Under the pieces are notes generated by a model that saw only the letters and a program-made list of their open reading frames with translations, was not told where the DNA came from and ran no database searches. The translations under genes and the position numbers were made by a program. 64,000 bases of DNA from Neophaeotheca triangularis. Taxonomy: Eukaryota. Each line of letters starts with the position of its first letter. The first letter of the stretch is position 1. The stretch spans positions 124,001 through 188,000 of the forward strand of contig BAAIJX010000005.1 in the NCBI GenBank assembly GCA_054600435.1, written 5' to 3'. Shown piece after piece: positions 34,101 to 47,048 of the stretch.

Positions 34101-36074
34101 TCTTTTCCGAATTGTTGGACGCAGGGGATGCTCCAGGCGAGCTGACAGGTAGATCAGGGATTGCGAGAGCCTCGCCGAAGGTGTACAAGCTTTCCGTTTC
34201 CGCTTGCGTAGGATTTGGTAGTTTGCGCTCGGGACGTGGTTCAAGTTGCTCGCCACCTTCGGGTGAAGAATGGTTTGGCCCCATATCGGCACGTTGGTTG
34301 CGCTGTAGACCCAAGCGAGAGTAATCTGAAGAGTACCCGCTATCAGCCTTCTTCTCTGGTACAGGCCTCTTCAAATGGCGTGCGGACTGACCATCATTAT
34401 CTTGTGCAACCTCCTGCTTCAAAGTCGATGTTCTAGAAACATCGTCGGATCCTGTAAGCTTATTTAGAGCTTCGTCAGGAGTACCGCGTCCGTCGTCGCT
34501 CATCTCGGAGTTGACGTCGTATACGGTGCTCAAGCGTGTGGCATGATGATCGAAGTTTGCCGTACCATAAGGGCTGTCGGGAAGCTGGCACTCATCCATG
34601 TATTCCTGGGAGTAAGCCGAAGCCTGATGGCTCCGTTGAGTAGTATAGGGACGTGTCGATTGCGAGGCTAAAGGCGCTACATCGTCTGCCTTTTCGGCTT
34701 CCGCTGCTGCTACATCAAGCTTCAGCGGGATTCGGCCGTAAGAGCCTTCGCGGGAATGTGTGATTTGCGAGTCTGATCGACGGTACCGGTGACGGGGGCT
34801 CTGCTGGAGTTGCGAGACGATGTGGTTGGGCGGCCTGCCTGGGGAAAGCATTGACTCGTTGTGTGATTTACGCGAAGGCCCAGCGTTCGCTGTGGGCCCG
34901 TTTTCCGTTCCAGCAAAGTAGCTGCCCTCATCCTCAGGCATGGCAGCTTGTTGGCGGTCGCCCGGTCGGTCCCTACGTTGGCCCGGTTCTGGAGAGGGTG
35001 CGCCATTCGTCACATGGAGAGTGCCGGGTGTGAAGCCGCCAGTGTAAGCGTAGCCTGTGTCGGACGGAGTTGCCGAGCGCATGTCTTCGGACTTCTCGGC
35101 GAGGTCAAGCGCAGCAAGCGCAGCAGCAGCGCTCGGGGCCACTCGTTGTCCCCAGTCGGTATATTCGGCCACAGAAGGGCATTTTTGCTGTTGCTGTTGG
35201 TGTTGCTGGTGTTGTGGTTGCTGTTGTTGCTGTTGAGGGCTAGGTCTGTCTTCGCCCTGGCGCCTGAGAGGGTCGCCAGAAGCACCGCCTCTTGTTGCAA
35301 AACCAGGAGGTTGCATAGACCGACGTCTAATCACCGAGGATCGTCCTTGCAATTGCATATCGTTCCCATCGTGGACAGGACTCTGGACCGTCTCAACATC
35401 TCTCGTAGGTAACAGTGCCCTGTGTAAAGCCACCAACTCCTCGGGAGAAGCGTTCTTTCTAAGCTCTTGCAGAATGTTGATGGCAGCCGCAACGTCAATG
35501 GGCTGGTGCTCTTGTGTCACGGAAGGTCTCCTTGCTCCTACTGTGTCGAGTGTCGTCGAACTTGACTGCGCGCTAGCATTCCGACCAACACCCAGCGAGC
35601 CAGACCTCGCCAACCTTTCCTTGACATTCTCCACAAAGTTCCCCATGTTGACGCCATCAACGCTCTGTTCTTGAGCATTGTCGTCCGCGCCCATGGGAAA
35701 TGTGGCGCTCAAATGCTGTCTGAGGTTTTGTCGAGCATCGGGCCGTCTGAGGTCGGACACGGAAGTCCGGAGTGGGAGATCGGGGTGGTCAGTAGCTTGA
35801 GGCCGACCGTTTGTGAAGGTGCTGGAGCGGGAGCCATGGACAGATTCGAAGGTTCGGGGTTTGTTCAGCTTCATGTTGTTGTTTGAAGAAGAGGTTTGAG
35901 AAGCGTCGCCGGTCCAAGGCAAGGGGGAGCTAGACGTCAAGCAGTGTTAGCAATGATGCATGACGTGGAAGGTGTAGAGTAGTGAGTGCAGCATGATAAA
36001 ACTCACTTTGCAAATGAAGGTGAGGTGACATTGGGGGCAGTGTTGTCACCGCTAGGCCGGCGTGCGTACTTCAT
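31129..36074 (-). CDS. Large low-complexity hypothetical protein (~1620 aa; intron 35930-36006)
   Basis: 4.8-kb open frame. A short first exon (MKYARRPSG...) joins in frame via GTGAGT...CTAAC...TAG. Structured islands are ILQELRKNASPEELVALHRALLP and DRYSGGFEYGW...GFGGSAGTR...GVDMSDVPVF. Confidence 0.8.
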
Positions 36075-36368
36075 GGCTTCCAAGCTTGCTCTCTACGGTC
36101 AAGTCATGTGGGAGAGAGTGGGTGTGGTAAGTGAATGGCGTTGTCGAGGCAGTGCAATGCAGAGGAGTTACTGCAGGAGCGGTCGAGTGCCAACGACACA
36201 AATAAAACAAGCAAGCTGTCGGGTGTCTTGCGATGGTGTTAGGTATTGTTCTTGTAGGAGTGCGTTGACGTTGAAGAGGGAAGTAGTATCGTGATCGATC
36301 CGTTGAAAATGGACGAGACGAGACGTCGAGGGAAAGTTGGTTCCCAGCCTGTCAATTGATGAGTACCG

Positions 36369-36395
36369 TAGTAGTAGCAGTAGTAGTAGTAGTAG
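36369..36395 (+). repeat. (TAG)n microsatellite, imperfect
   Basis: tagtagtagcagtagtagtagtagtag read directly. Confidence 0.8.
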
Positions 36396-38826
36396 TAATC
36401 GAGCAAGGTTACCAAGGTAGCAGTTGTCCGGGTCTGCCGTGTCCGGCCGGGCGTCAAAGTAGTGCGTTGCGTTGCTAGGGGGGAGCTGTGGCGTCTGCAG
36501 ATGCTTGCTTGCTTGCTTGCTTCGGAGATCTTCTCTCTTCTCAACCAACCCAGCTTGGGTTTGATGAGCAGACAGCGAACAGACAGATTGTAGGAATAGA
36601 GGAAGACCAGAAGAACGAGGAGGCGAGCAACAAACACACGACTACAAACGTAGGATCAATATCAATATCAGTATCAATATCAATTTGCAGAAGGGGAAAT
36701 GAACAATGGCAGCTGAATCTTGCATCTTGTTTCATAATCCACCTCTTACAGGGATGCGCCACCTTGTCACTACAGCTTCAGCCACAGCTAGCAGCTCTTG
36801 TGCCTTGATTAGGACAGATGAGCCAATCGGAGAGAAGGAAACGGCGAGTCAGATATAGAATTGGGAGAGGCTGACGTGGCGGTGCAAAAGTGGGCGACGG
36901 GACGCGAAACTTGGTTGTGTCGTGCGTGTGGGTTGGCGGCAAACTGCGGGTCCCAGCCCTGTACCGCTCTTTGACCTCTGTATCCAATCTTCACCTCGCT
37001 TGGCCTGCACCATTGTTGCCTTGGTATACGACCAATCATCATTATTAAATCATCCTCATCATCCATACCATACCTTACCTGTTCGGCGCCGAAATCTCAA
37101 ATGGCTGGGTTTCCTTCAACGTGTATCTCCTAGGTAGTTCTCGACTTGCCATGTGAAAGCCATCGAGTCGTATGCACCTGACTTAAGCTTGCATTTTCTG
37201 ACAGCCCTACCGACTTTAATTTAATGGGTCAGACCGAGTCTAATTATTTGCAGGACTAGAACTTGGAAGGTTGGAAGGTCAAGCAACGTCGACAAAGGGT
37301 GCACGAGACACGTTCGCCCAGACCATCAGCATAGCATAGCATAGGATAGCATAGCATGCTGCATACCATACCATACCAAGATACATACCTTCTACAGACT
37401 AAGTTAGGTCACGCTAGCAATTGAGTTAAGAATGGCCATGCGTAGTAGTATTAATTTCCCCAATCATGCTACAATTATTGTTGCAAGCGCCTGCTCTGCT
37501 TCCTCACGACTCTGCGCTACTACACACAGTACGTATTCGAATCGTAATCTTGCTCTGTCTCTCGTCTGAATATGCCACGATATTCTGTGTCAGACTTGCG
37601 AGACGCACTTCGAGACGCTTCCCTTTCCTGTATTCGGGATTCGCTATTCTCTTCGAGAGACATTAGGTGCAATGCAGTCTCAACATACTTTCTGAGACTG
37701 AATGAAGCGCATCTATGAAGATTCTTGATCACCGCTCACAGCAATCCGAGATTGGTGGCTGCAATGGACCGCATTTGCTATTTAAGGCCAACTTTTGTTC
37801 ACATGCATCTGTTAGCGTGGTACTGGCCACTGATTGACTGTCGACCGGGTCAAGGTAAGCATGCCAGACTCGCAAGTACGACCTCATGGAGGTAAACGTC
37901 ACCACCGGCGGCACCGAGATCTCAGGATCTTTGAACGCTTGATTCAGTAAGCCCTTCAGAATGCTAAGCGCAGCGGCTGCGGCATTCGCAGCCTGACAGT
38001 ATCATTTTTCGGCCAAATTTTTTTAACTTTCCAGTACCGCCCAAGGGAGCTATTCATCCAAGGGTTTCAAGTAGGTCTGGTTCTCAAGGCGTGCTCTCTC
38101 TGCGACCCTACTCAGGTGCTGTGCTCCGCATGAGCGTGGGATACCTGCATTGCCAACCGCCAGAGACAGAAGCCAGCTCTCAACGAAAAGAAAGCAATTG
38201 TAAACCTTCATACAACTGCTGCATAAGCGAAGTCGAGCACGGAGCAGGCGTCTTCATTCGAGAGTTTCATCTATGTTATCCAAGGCGTGGGATCCGGCGC
38301 GGGAAACGTGGCTCCGCGTGCGAAGGCTGGACTGCGCATGCAAGTGATGCGTTGCTGAGACAAGCAGCCTACAATATTTGGATACTTGCATATCTCTTGT
38401 TAAATTTCGACTCTTTCGACGTTGATTTTCCGGGGGATGTTGGAGAAGGAAAGGAGGAAGTCGTCCGATGCGTGTTCCAACTCTGCACTAGCGTGAGGTG
38501 TTCTCTATCAATTGATTCTCCATCCCGTTGCTGCGCGTGGTCAGCTCGCTTCCAGCCACTGCTTTGGTTTTATTTGAACGGGCTCTTGGAAATCAGCTCA
38601 ACCAGCGACCTGCCTGCTTTGACCGCCCTGTTGCCTGCGATCTTGGTGTTTGCCTCACGAATTCCCCGGTAGAAGGATGCTGGGGTACTTAGCCTCCGCA
38701 CACGATGATCGCCCTCGCTTGGATCACTCTCTCAAGGTTGATGCAGATGCGGTCATAGATTTGCCTTTGTTGCAACCGATTATATACAACATATCCATAG
38801 TATCCATGATTCTGGCACAATCACCC

Positions 38827-39948
38827 TCAAGCAGGGAAAGCAGCAGCCACAGCATCATATTCCCCTTGAGTCAGAGGGGTAACAGATCCATGCTTTAGCC
38901 CCGAAGGAAAGTTGCTAAAGTCCGCTGGCTGCCAATCTGGGTTCAAAATGTCGGTTGTCTGATAAGCCAGATACTGCGTATAATCATCGAGCAGCAGGTA
39001 GTAGGTCCCGGGATTCTCGAAGTCGGCAAAGGCCGCCGCACCCTCACGCGGCGTCTCGGGCCTCAAGTACCCGGGGACGCGGTTCCAAGTGCCAAAGATA
39101 CCTTCTGTCGTCGTTTCCTGCCACATTTGGTTCACCGTTTCGTTCTTAATGAAGCGCGCGTAATGGCCAGGCTCACCCAGATAGAGGAACTCCTGGTCAA
39201 TGACTCCTGGTGGAGAGTCACCGGCGAGGTAGTCGCTCGGGGCGCTGAAGGTCTTAAAGTCGGCTGTGGTGGCATATCGGATGCGGTCAAGCGAAGCGAC
39301 GCCAGTGTGCTGGGGATCGTCGTCGTTGTACAGGCGAGTCGCCCAGAAGACATAGAATTGGCCATCTTCCCAGACAGCAGATGGAGCCCAAGCCATGCCA
39401 CCATTTGGCTCTTCGACGCTGGTAGTGACTGTCAGTACAAGACTTTCACGAATGACCGACCGAGACTACCCACATCTGCAGCGTTGGCTCACTCCAGTTG
39501 ATTAGATCCGTCGAGTGCCAGACAACAAGCCCCAAGCTACCTACGCGAGTTGCAATATCCCAGTTGAACCCAGGTGCGTTAATGTCAAGGTCTGTCGCTT
39601 TCATTAACAAGTGACAGCGTTTACATAATCAATGAATGTCTGCGACTGACCCGTAGCAATCATGTACCAGTTCTCCCTCTCACCGTCGCTAGTCAAGAAG
39701 ACGTCGCGAACAGCACCTGTGCCAACGTCCGACACCAGAACTGGTTCACCGCCATTAAGGAAAGTATAGCTGCCTGGATCGGCGCCGTCGGATAGGTACC
39801 ATTGCACCGCCGGGTTCGGGTCTGAGAAGGTAGAGATCAAGTAGCCAGCAAAATCTGAGCTATCTTGACACTTCGAGGGAGGCGTTGGTGCTGAAGAGAC
39901 GGTGGCTAGAAGGGCCGCAGAGGCAGCGAAAATGGATGATGAGAGCAT
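38827..39948 (-). CDS. Secreted glycoside hydrolase family 43 protein; 3 exons (introns 39592-39650, 39419-39473)
   Basis: Signal peptide, [50 protein letters not shown] and KHGSVTPL, consistent with a GH43 five-blade propeller. Confidence 0.85.
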
Positions 39949-40857
39949 GGTGAGGGAGATGTGAGTATGCACTGCGAATATGACCCTCCCGAGCAGACTG
40001 TCACTCTTTATATGCCCCCGACCTGGGCTGGAAAGGAAAGGAGACTGGCTGTGGTCCCATCTACTTTGGGCTTCCCACTACTGCAACACTGCGCCTAGTC
40101 AAATGCCATCTGTCCAGCATGAGCTCAAGTCGGTGACCTCACCGGCGTGATCCTTGGCTCCTCGTTCGTCCTAGGGCCGTGTGCGACAAGCAAGCTCTGG
40201 TAGTCTCCCTTTGTCGCTCGTTGACATGCGGAGGAGTGCTCGGGATGGCAAGCGCCCCGAGGAGTGTTGCGTTTAATCGCGTGCATGATGGCCGTTGTGG
40301 AGGATCTGCGCTCCGGATTGGCAGCCAATGTGGATTTGTCGATGCCCTAGACAATAAAGTATGTATCGAGAATATATACATTTTGTGAAGACATATCAAC
40401 AGCTCTATTGCAGTGTGGCAGCGGCAGTGTTAAACCTGGCTGCGCTCGTTTTTTATCGCTTTGCTCCTTAGTATGGTCGTGTTGAGACGACATGTGTCGA
40501 TTCTAAAAAGTGTCGCCAGCTTCGGGGTCGGCTCTTCAGAGGTACAGATCCAAAGCCGTTGCCGAGAGATCTGCAAAAGTCCCCATATTAGCGGTGGTGA
40601 CTTTCTGTCCAATTAGTGAGCGAGCATAACCCCTTCTACAGACGATACTGGCATCAAACACATTGATGTCCTCATGTCTTCAGAAGATGTGATCTGAATC
40701 CAGATGTCCTCCGTTGCGAACCAGATTAAAAGCCCTTGCTTTTGTCGCAAGCACTTCACAACGTGCATTTACCTGGTTCTGCCAAAAGCCAAGCCGACAC
40801 CCTCGCGACCCCTACACGGAGACCATTAGAGTCTAAGAGAACAGGCTCATCGTCAAC

Positions 40858-41193
40858 ATGCAGCTCACCTTTCACCTCCTCGTGTGCCTTGCCGCAACGG
40901 CAGAATCACAGCTTCAACCTCAACAGACACCGGCACCCAAGCTCAACAATGTGCACCCAACAACTCTAACAACCTCCACCATAACCTTGGAAGCTCGCAG
41001 CCCACAGCTCGTAGTACCGTGTAAACCTGGCGAGAACGGCTGCATGATCAACATGTTCCACGCGCCGACACTAATCGAACCCGGACCTCCACCAAAGAAA
41101 CCAACGAAAACTGCAGAGAAAGGAAAAGGAGGGTTCTTGGGGCTGTTCCCGAGTGCAGACCTCTTACATCGGGACGTTTCTACGCAATTATAG
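40858..41193 (+). CDS. Putative small secreted pre-pro-peptide (111 aa)
   Basis: caacATG context, hydrophobic N-terminus, Thr-rich spacer, LEAR|SPQ processing-like site and a Cys pair. No family recognised. Confidence 0.4.
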   Translation: MQLTFHLLVCLAATAESQLQPQQTPAPKLNNVHPTTLTTSTITLEARSPQLVVPCKPGENGCMINMFHAPTLIEPGPPPKKPTKTAEKGKGGFLGLFPSADLLHRDVSTQL

Positions 41194-41384
41194 AATGAGC
41201 CTCTGTCGTACTGGTATACCGGCGTAGGCATTGTTGAAACCTCTTCCGAATGCCGTAGCCAAATGCTACTGCCGGACCACCGCCTCGTCTATTCGATTCA
41301 CGAAGCCCCCAATCCAAGCCTCAAACGCCTCAACACCTGCGCTACGGATTTCGCCCGACAATCCATCGATACGACCCGCGCTAC

Positions 41385-42785
41385 CTAATCCTTGCGCTCA
41401 ATCAGCTCCGGAATGTCCTCGGGCTTGTTCTTGCCCTCGAGGATGTTGTAAACGGCGGTGAAGAGCGGGTACTCGTCCTCCATTTTCTGGGTCTTGAGGA
41501 AAGAGTTGACATCGTAGGCCGTGCTCGTTCCCTGCAGTTTCTGGCCGTTCAATTCTCTCTCTTCGATCTCGCCAATGGGGCGCTTCTCCGCCACGCTCAT
41601 CTTCGCGCATCGGAAGTTCCTGCCGCCGCTGCAGCTCGTGATCATGTCCGCGATACCGCAGCTCTCCTCAGTGAATGTCTCGGTACGAACGAGGCCAGGA
41701 AAGAAGGCTTTGCCGAACTTGACTTCTTCCATAATACCAACGCGCATGACAGCGGCTTTGGCGTTGTCGCCCCAACCCAAACCGTCGACGTAGCCGGCCG
41801 CAATCGCTACGACGTTCTTCAGCGCACCACCCAGAGAGACGCCAGCAACGTCGTTGACCATGCGGACGTGGAAGTAGGGACGGTGGAAGAGCTTCTTCAT
41901 GTTGGCGTGCGTGAGAGGCGGGTACTCGGTGGGCATGGCTTGGAGCTGAGTAGTCTTGCCGTTGGTGGTCTTCGTCTCCATGTTCATGGCGGCCAAGTTG
42001 GTGGAGCTTGACTTAGGGGAACCGGAAGGCGTGGCAGCGGGCGTAGGGTGCTTGGAATCCATGCGTGGGGGGTCGTAGGCGATGGTCGTCTCGCAGAACT
42101 TCTCCAACGCGACTTCGGTAGCGATGTTGGCCCCAGACAGCGCACCACAGTAGATTCCTAGCTTATGTCCAATGCTGTCCGAAAACAACTCGCATCCCTT
42201 GTCTGACACTTCGACACCCTTGATGCAGCTGATACCCCTAGCAAATGGCACGATCTTTCCCTTTAGGCTGTCGCAGGTCTTGCCAATGAACTGGTGGGGA
42301 AGGTTGAAGATCAGGATCGTAGCATCCTTGACCGAGTCGGCGAGATCGGGGTTGGCGACGATGTTGTGAGGGATCGGGATATTAGGCAGGTACTTGACGT
42401 TCTCGTGCAAGCCATTGATGAGCTGGGTAAGCTTCTGCGGCTTGGTTGAAAGCTGCGAGCCGGCATCGTAGTGCTTGCTGGAGCTTGGGATCTGGTATTC
42501 CTCCTCAAACACCCACATCTGCACCTCGGGTTCGAAGAGATCGGGATACTGCTGAGTGGACTCGGCGACAACTTTGGCAATGGTCGTGCCCCAGTTGCCG
42601 GAGCCTACAACGCAGACCTTGTGCTTCTTGCTGTGGATACCGAGTGAAGATGCCATGTTTACGGTCGGTTGGTAGGTGTAGTTTGGTCTTGGTCTGTTTA
42701 GTGAGTCTTTGAGTGGTTGAAGAGCGTTTCTTCGAGTAGATCGAGGGAAGACAGTGCGAGGAAGTCGTGCAAAGGTGTGCAGCAT
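41385..42785 (-). CDS. GPD1: NAD-dependent glycerol-3-phosphate dehydrogenase; second in-frame ATG at 42656
   Basis: [65 protein letters not shown] and LNGQKLQG. Confidence 0.96.
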   Translation of the reverse strand: MLHTFARLPRTVFPRSTRRNALQPLKDSLNRPRPNYTYQPTVNMASSLGIHSKKHKVCVVGSGNWGTTIAKVVAESTQQYPDLFEPEVQMWVFEEEYQIPSSSKHYDAGSQLSTKPQKLTQLINGLHENVKYLPNIPIPHNIVANPDLADSVKDATILIFNLPHQFIGKTCDSLKGKIVPFARGISCIKGVEVSDKGCELFSDSIGHKLGIYCGALSGANIATEVALEKFCETTIAYDPPRMDSKHPTPAATPSGSPKSSSTNLAAMNMETKTTNGKTTQLQAMPTEYPPLTHANMKKLFHRPYFHVRMVNDVAGVSLGGALKNVVAIAAGYVDGLGWGDNAKAAVMRVGIMEEVKFGKAFFPGLVRTETFTEESCGIADMITSCSGGRNFRCAKMSVAEKRPIGEIEERELNGQKLQGTSTAYDVNSFLKTQKMEDEYPLFTAVYNILEGKNKPEDIPELIERKD

Positions 42786-45029
42786 GAAGAGAAAAAATCT
42801 TGTTACACAAATAGAAGCGACTTACGGTGAATGATGTAGGAGGTAAGGTAGTTCGGATGTTATGCAATTGAAGGACGGTAGGTCTTTCTTCACGTGTAAG
42901 GTAGTTCTCGGCCTGTTCGAGGTCAAACTTGCCAGTCACATGTGACGTTCTTCCCAGCTTTAAGTTTTCCAGGATCTTGGGAACCGCGGCCCACCTGGCG
43001 CGTTTCTCAGCGCGGAAGCCACACCGCTGCGATGCGGATAAGCGGACTGTGAAGCCGACCTCACCTCTTCTTTTTCCCAAATCACCGCAAGAAGCTTCCT
43101 CAGTCATCTCGCCGGGAGCGAGTTTGAAAGTTGTCGAAAATACCCAAGTATGTCAAAATTTCTCAACCAGTTCTCGACTGCAGTCTTTCCATCGATATCA
43201 GGAACGCCGCCCTAGTACAAACCCGCGAGTCGTCTCAAAGAAAGGGTCGCATGGTAGTGTCATCTGGCGGAACATCGACCTTGGAAGTGCTGCCAGCCAT
43301 GCCGCTCCGATGCCTAGCATTACAGATATCGGGTTCACAAAGTCAAGAATCTCCAACTTTATCAAAGAAACTGCTACTGCTGAACGACGATTATTCAATG
43401 GCTGCGTACCAAAGTGCAAAGAAGAAGCACTACCGATGAAGCATTGACGGGACGGGAGGTCCAAAATGCAAAAAGCCCGCATCTTGGATCCGCGCGTGGT
43501 CACCCACCTAAGTACCAGTCACGCGATTACTTGCTTGCAGGGCCTCTAGGCGGACGAGCAAAACCAATCTGCCAAAAGCAAAAAAGATACGGATGAATCG
43601 GGTCGTCATGCGCCTGTTCCCACAGCCGGCTTACTGTCCTAGGCCTTACTTTTTGATTTGGTTGTGGGGATTGGCACTGTATAGAATATATAGCCTTCGA
43701 AATATATCCGTACCGCGGCTGTTGCACACCCTTACGCACTCCACGAGCTGGCAGTGAGGCGAAGACGTGAATAGCCAGTGAGCCACTGCGTAGTCGCACG
43801 ATTGCACGATGTTGATTAGATACGAACATGTCAGCCATGAGCTGCCTGTCGTAGACCCATTATTGTTTGTTTTGGTCCCGCGTCTTAGGTCTACACAAGT
43901 GCGCTGCTATATCCGCCTGCCGTTCAGCTCAATATAGGGGACGGTCACTGCGCAAGTGCCTGTTGGTCTGGCAGACGCTTGCGCCTGGATATGCTTTACA
44001 CCGAAGCAGACTACAACTGGCTCCAAAACAGGTCGTTTTTGAATCGATGCCCAACGTGCAAACCTTTTGCAGATCGACTCTGCGCATCGCAACGCTCTCA
44101 CGAGATCTTCCGCCAGCCTCCGGAGTCGCAGCCCTTGCTTCAGAGAGACGCTGCTTAATTTCAATGCTCTGGTCCAACCCGTCTGAGCCCTAAGAACTGA
44201 TGAACTGGCGGACATGCTCAACACGATGAGGGACAGCAGAACTCGACCATGTTCGATCATTCCGATACTACTTGCATGGAACGCTCTCAGCTCTGCTAAC
44301 GTGGCCGAGCCCTGCTCAAATCACCGAATCGCATCACCCGCCGTTCAAGCCGCGTGCTAGGGGATAGAAAGCGGATGAACCTTCGGTTGCTCAAATATTG
44401 AAAGAGTAACTCGCGTTCACAAAGAGCGTATTAACATTGCATGCGTATCCCAGGCAGCTGTGAAAGGCAACCTGCTCTAACTCACCTTGATTGTGTACTG
44501 CGCACTGTGATTGCCTGCTGCAGCATGATGAATCTGCTCGAAATTGCTATCTATCCACGACAAGACATTGTCCTGGATATAAAGTGAGAGCGTTCTCTCC
44601 ATGGGTAGCAATAGATCTAAGATAGCTCACAGTACTCTACTGCACCACTGATATACCGTACTACCCCTGACGTAACCTTCACCCACTTGCACCCTCGGTA
44701 TCTGTTTCTTGTGTTAATATATTGCATCCATCCATGGACCCCTCTCAATCCTCATACACCGCCCTCCGTCTTCGCCGCTGGGATTTGTCGTTATTGCCTA
44801 ATCTGTCATTACGGCCTCAGGTTGCTCCCGCGCCTTCCTCTTTTCGAAACCGGCGGGAGGTCCCGCAATCAAGAGAACAAAACCAGGCTCGCGGTCCCCT
44901 CCAGGCCTTAGACCTTTGATCTACCTACCAAACCCAACCATCCTCTCCCTTCACCACCATATTGGTCACACCACTCCTACTTCATATCTCCTACGCCTTA
45001 TAACACTCTCACCCACCACACCAGCCAAC

Positions 45030-46304
45030 ATGATTAGCTTCAAAGCGATCGTGGTTTCGCTCTCGCTGGCGCTCCTTGCGCTGGCCTCTCCTCTCAAGGT
45101 GAACATGGTCATCACGACTTCACCTCACTCGCTCGCCATCACTGACATTCCTGAAGACAACCATCAGCGGCAACACTGGTGGCGCTCTCAGCGTTTCGTC
45201 GGACACCGAGGTCGGCGCTGTCGGCGATATCACCGCCCGCCAGGATGCTGCCTACGCCCTGGTCTGTGACGCCTGCGACCATTACGAGATCTCCCAGGTA
45301 ATGCTTGACCTCACTTCACCTCACCTCACCTACATCATCAACCACCCAAGTGAAGTATTACTTAGTACTCACACATTTTAGAGTATCGCCTACGCCGCTG
45401 CCGAACTGGCCTGCGCTGAGCTCTCTGGCCAAGAGCTCGGCTCCGAAGACGATGGGTACACGTCCAACATTACCACTTCTGTCGTCGTTGAGGAGTTCAC
45501 CCACATTTCCAACACCGGCACCGGCAGGTTTGCTCCTCGCTTCAACTTCGCGACTCTCTTCGATGGTGGTTGTACACCCATCGAGTCCACCAGCTATGAT
45601 GCTTGCCTGGCTGCCTTCGATGGCTTGTTTCAGGGGTGCAGCCGTGAGACTGCCAATCCCGAATCCACCTTCACTGGCTGGTATCTGGACGGGAGAACTT
45701 GTGTCACCTACCAGTCCAGTTCTAGCAAGGGCGGCCTCGGTGCTCCATGTGACGCGCTCCCTTTGACTGAGCCCCCCACCGATGATGATGGCAACGCCAT
45801 CGCTGGTAAAAGTTCCTCTACCGCCGTCGTCGCCAAATCCAAGCGCGACATTCCCACCGACGGACAAGCCTGGGTCTGCAACGAGTGCGAGAGCCGCCCG
45901 ATCACTCGTTGGTTCCGTCCGGTCGCGCTGAGGGAGGCATGCGAATCCCTCGTGGGTTTCGATCTCGGCCCGCTGTCCCCATACCAAGGCAATCTCACGG
46001 CCAGCCCTGTCCGCGTCTTCGTTGGCGACGATTGGTACCCGATCCACTACAACGTCCTGTACCAGCACGGCGAGGGGTGCGAGTACCCGGGATTCTTCAC
46101 GCAGGAGATGTGTGAAGACGGATTCGGCATCCTCGAGGAACAGTAAGAACATTCTGACCGCCATTTCTGACGGTTGTTCCTCGCAACTAATCCATGCTTC
46201 GTAGGTGCTCGTCTTCTGGTCAAGGTTGGAATCTCGACACCAAGTCGTGCATTACTTACCAGATCAACGCCTCCCCCGATGGTCTCGGCACTCAGTGCGA
46301 CTAG
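45030..46304 (+). CDS. Secreted Cys-rich protein (~356 aa) with two paralogous 8-Cys domains and an internal KR site; 4 exons (introns 45099-45156, 45298-45381, 46143-46204)
   Basis: Signal peptide MISFKAIVVSLSLALLALASP. Three GT-AG introns keep the frame to TAG at 46302-46304. The internal duplication is visible in the spliced translation. Confidence 0.8.
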
Positions 46305-47048
46305 ATGCTCTTCACAGCGTTTTCCGTCTTCTATCATTCCACACATTCCACACGACATGACGACTTCTTCCAGCATGGTGTCCGGCGTGGCAAGCGAATG
46401 GAGTGCGGCACAACGGGTTGCGGATAGGTCCAACGTTCTTCGTGCCTTCCTTAGGGTCGGCCATATTCTTCGTTTTACAACGTAGATGACAGATAGCGTG
46501 GCCATCAATCAAAATTCTGTTTTGCAAATCTGTTTCCAGTGTTCCTCGTCACCGTCTTTGCTACTCAAACTACGCTCGAAACAAGAGGTCATCATAGTGA
46601 TGAGGTGAACCAACCCCTTTGTCACCGCAAGGAAACCTAGCAAGTGAAGCTGACGACACGTGCGAGGTAAAAGATGGAAGCACGTGAAGGGCGCCAGTCT
46701 TGGCCAATAAGGTTTAACGTAATCTGCCGGTGGTAAGCGAAGCCGGCTGCCCCACGTTGCTTCGGGATGCCGTTAAGTGCAGGTACTTGCGAGAGGCGGG
46801 GTGGGCATTGAAGGCATAAACCTCCAGGGTTATCAATGCCAAAATACTAAGTCTCGTATTTCGTCTCCTATACCCTACTCAAGTCAATTTCGGACTACTC
46901 TTCACCCTATTTATGTTTCATCCATAACCTTTGCTCACCTTTCTTACGAACACATCCATCAATCTGACCCCAGGCTTTGACCTTCGAACTCACCTTCATA
47001 CGCCATAGGAACATCGATCATCCACAACAACATCAACCCACCGCAACC

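Noticed and set aside
36200..38700. Long intergenic region with short repeats (GCATA, ATATCA, CATAC) and ORF 38091-38672
   Set aside because: Simple microsatellites only. No transposase, RT, terminal repeats or repeat-spacer structure, and the ORF lacks an ATG start and coding-like bias.
43100..44500. Several 80-170 aa ORFs between GPD1 and the Cys-rich gene
   Set aside because: No motifs or consistent codon bias, so they cannot be supported as genes.
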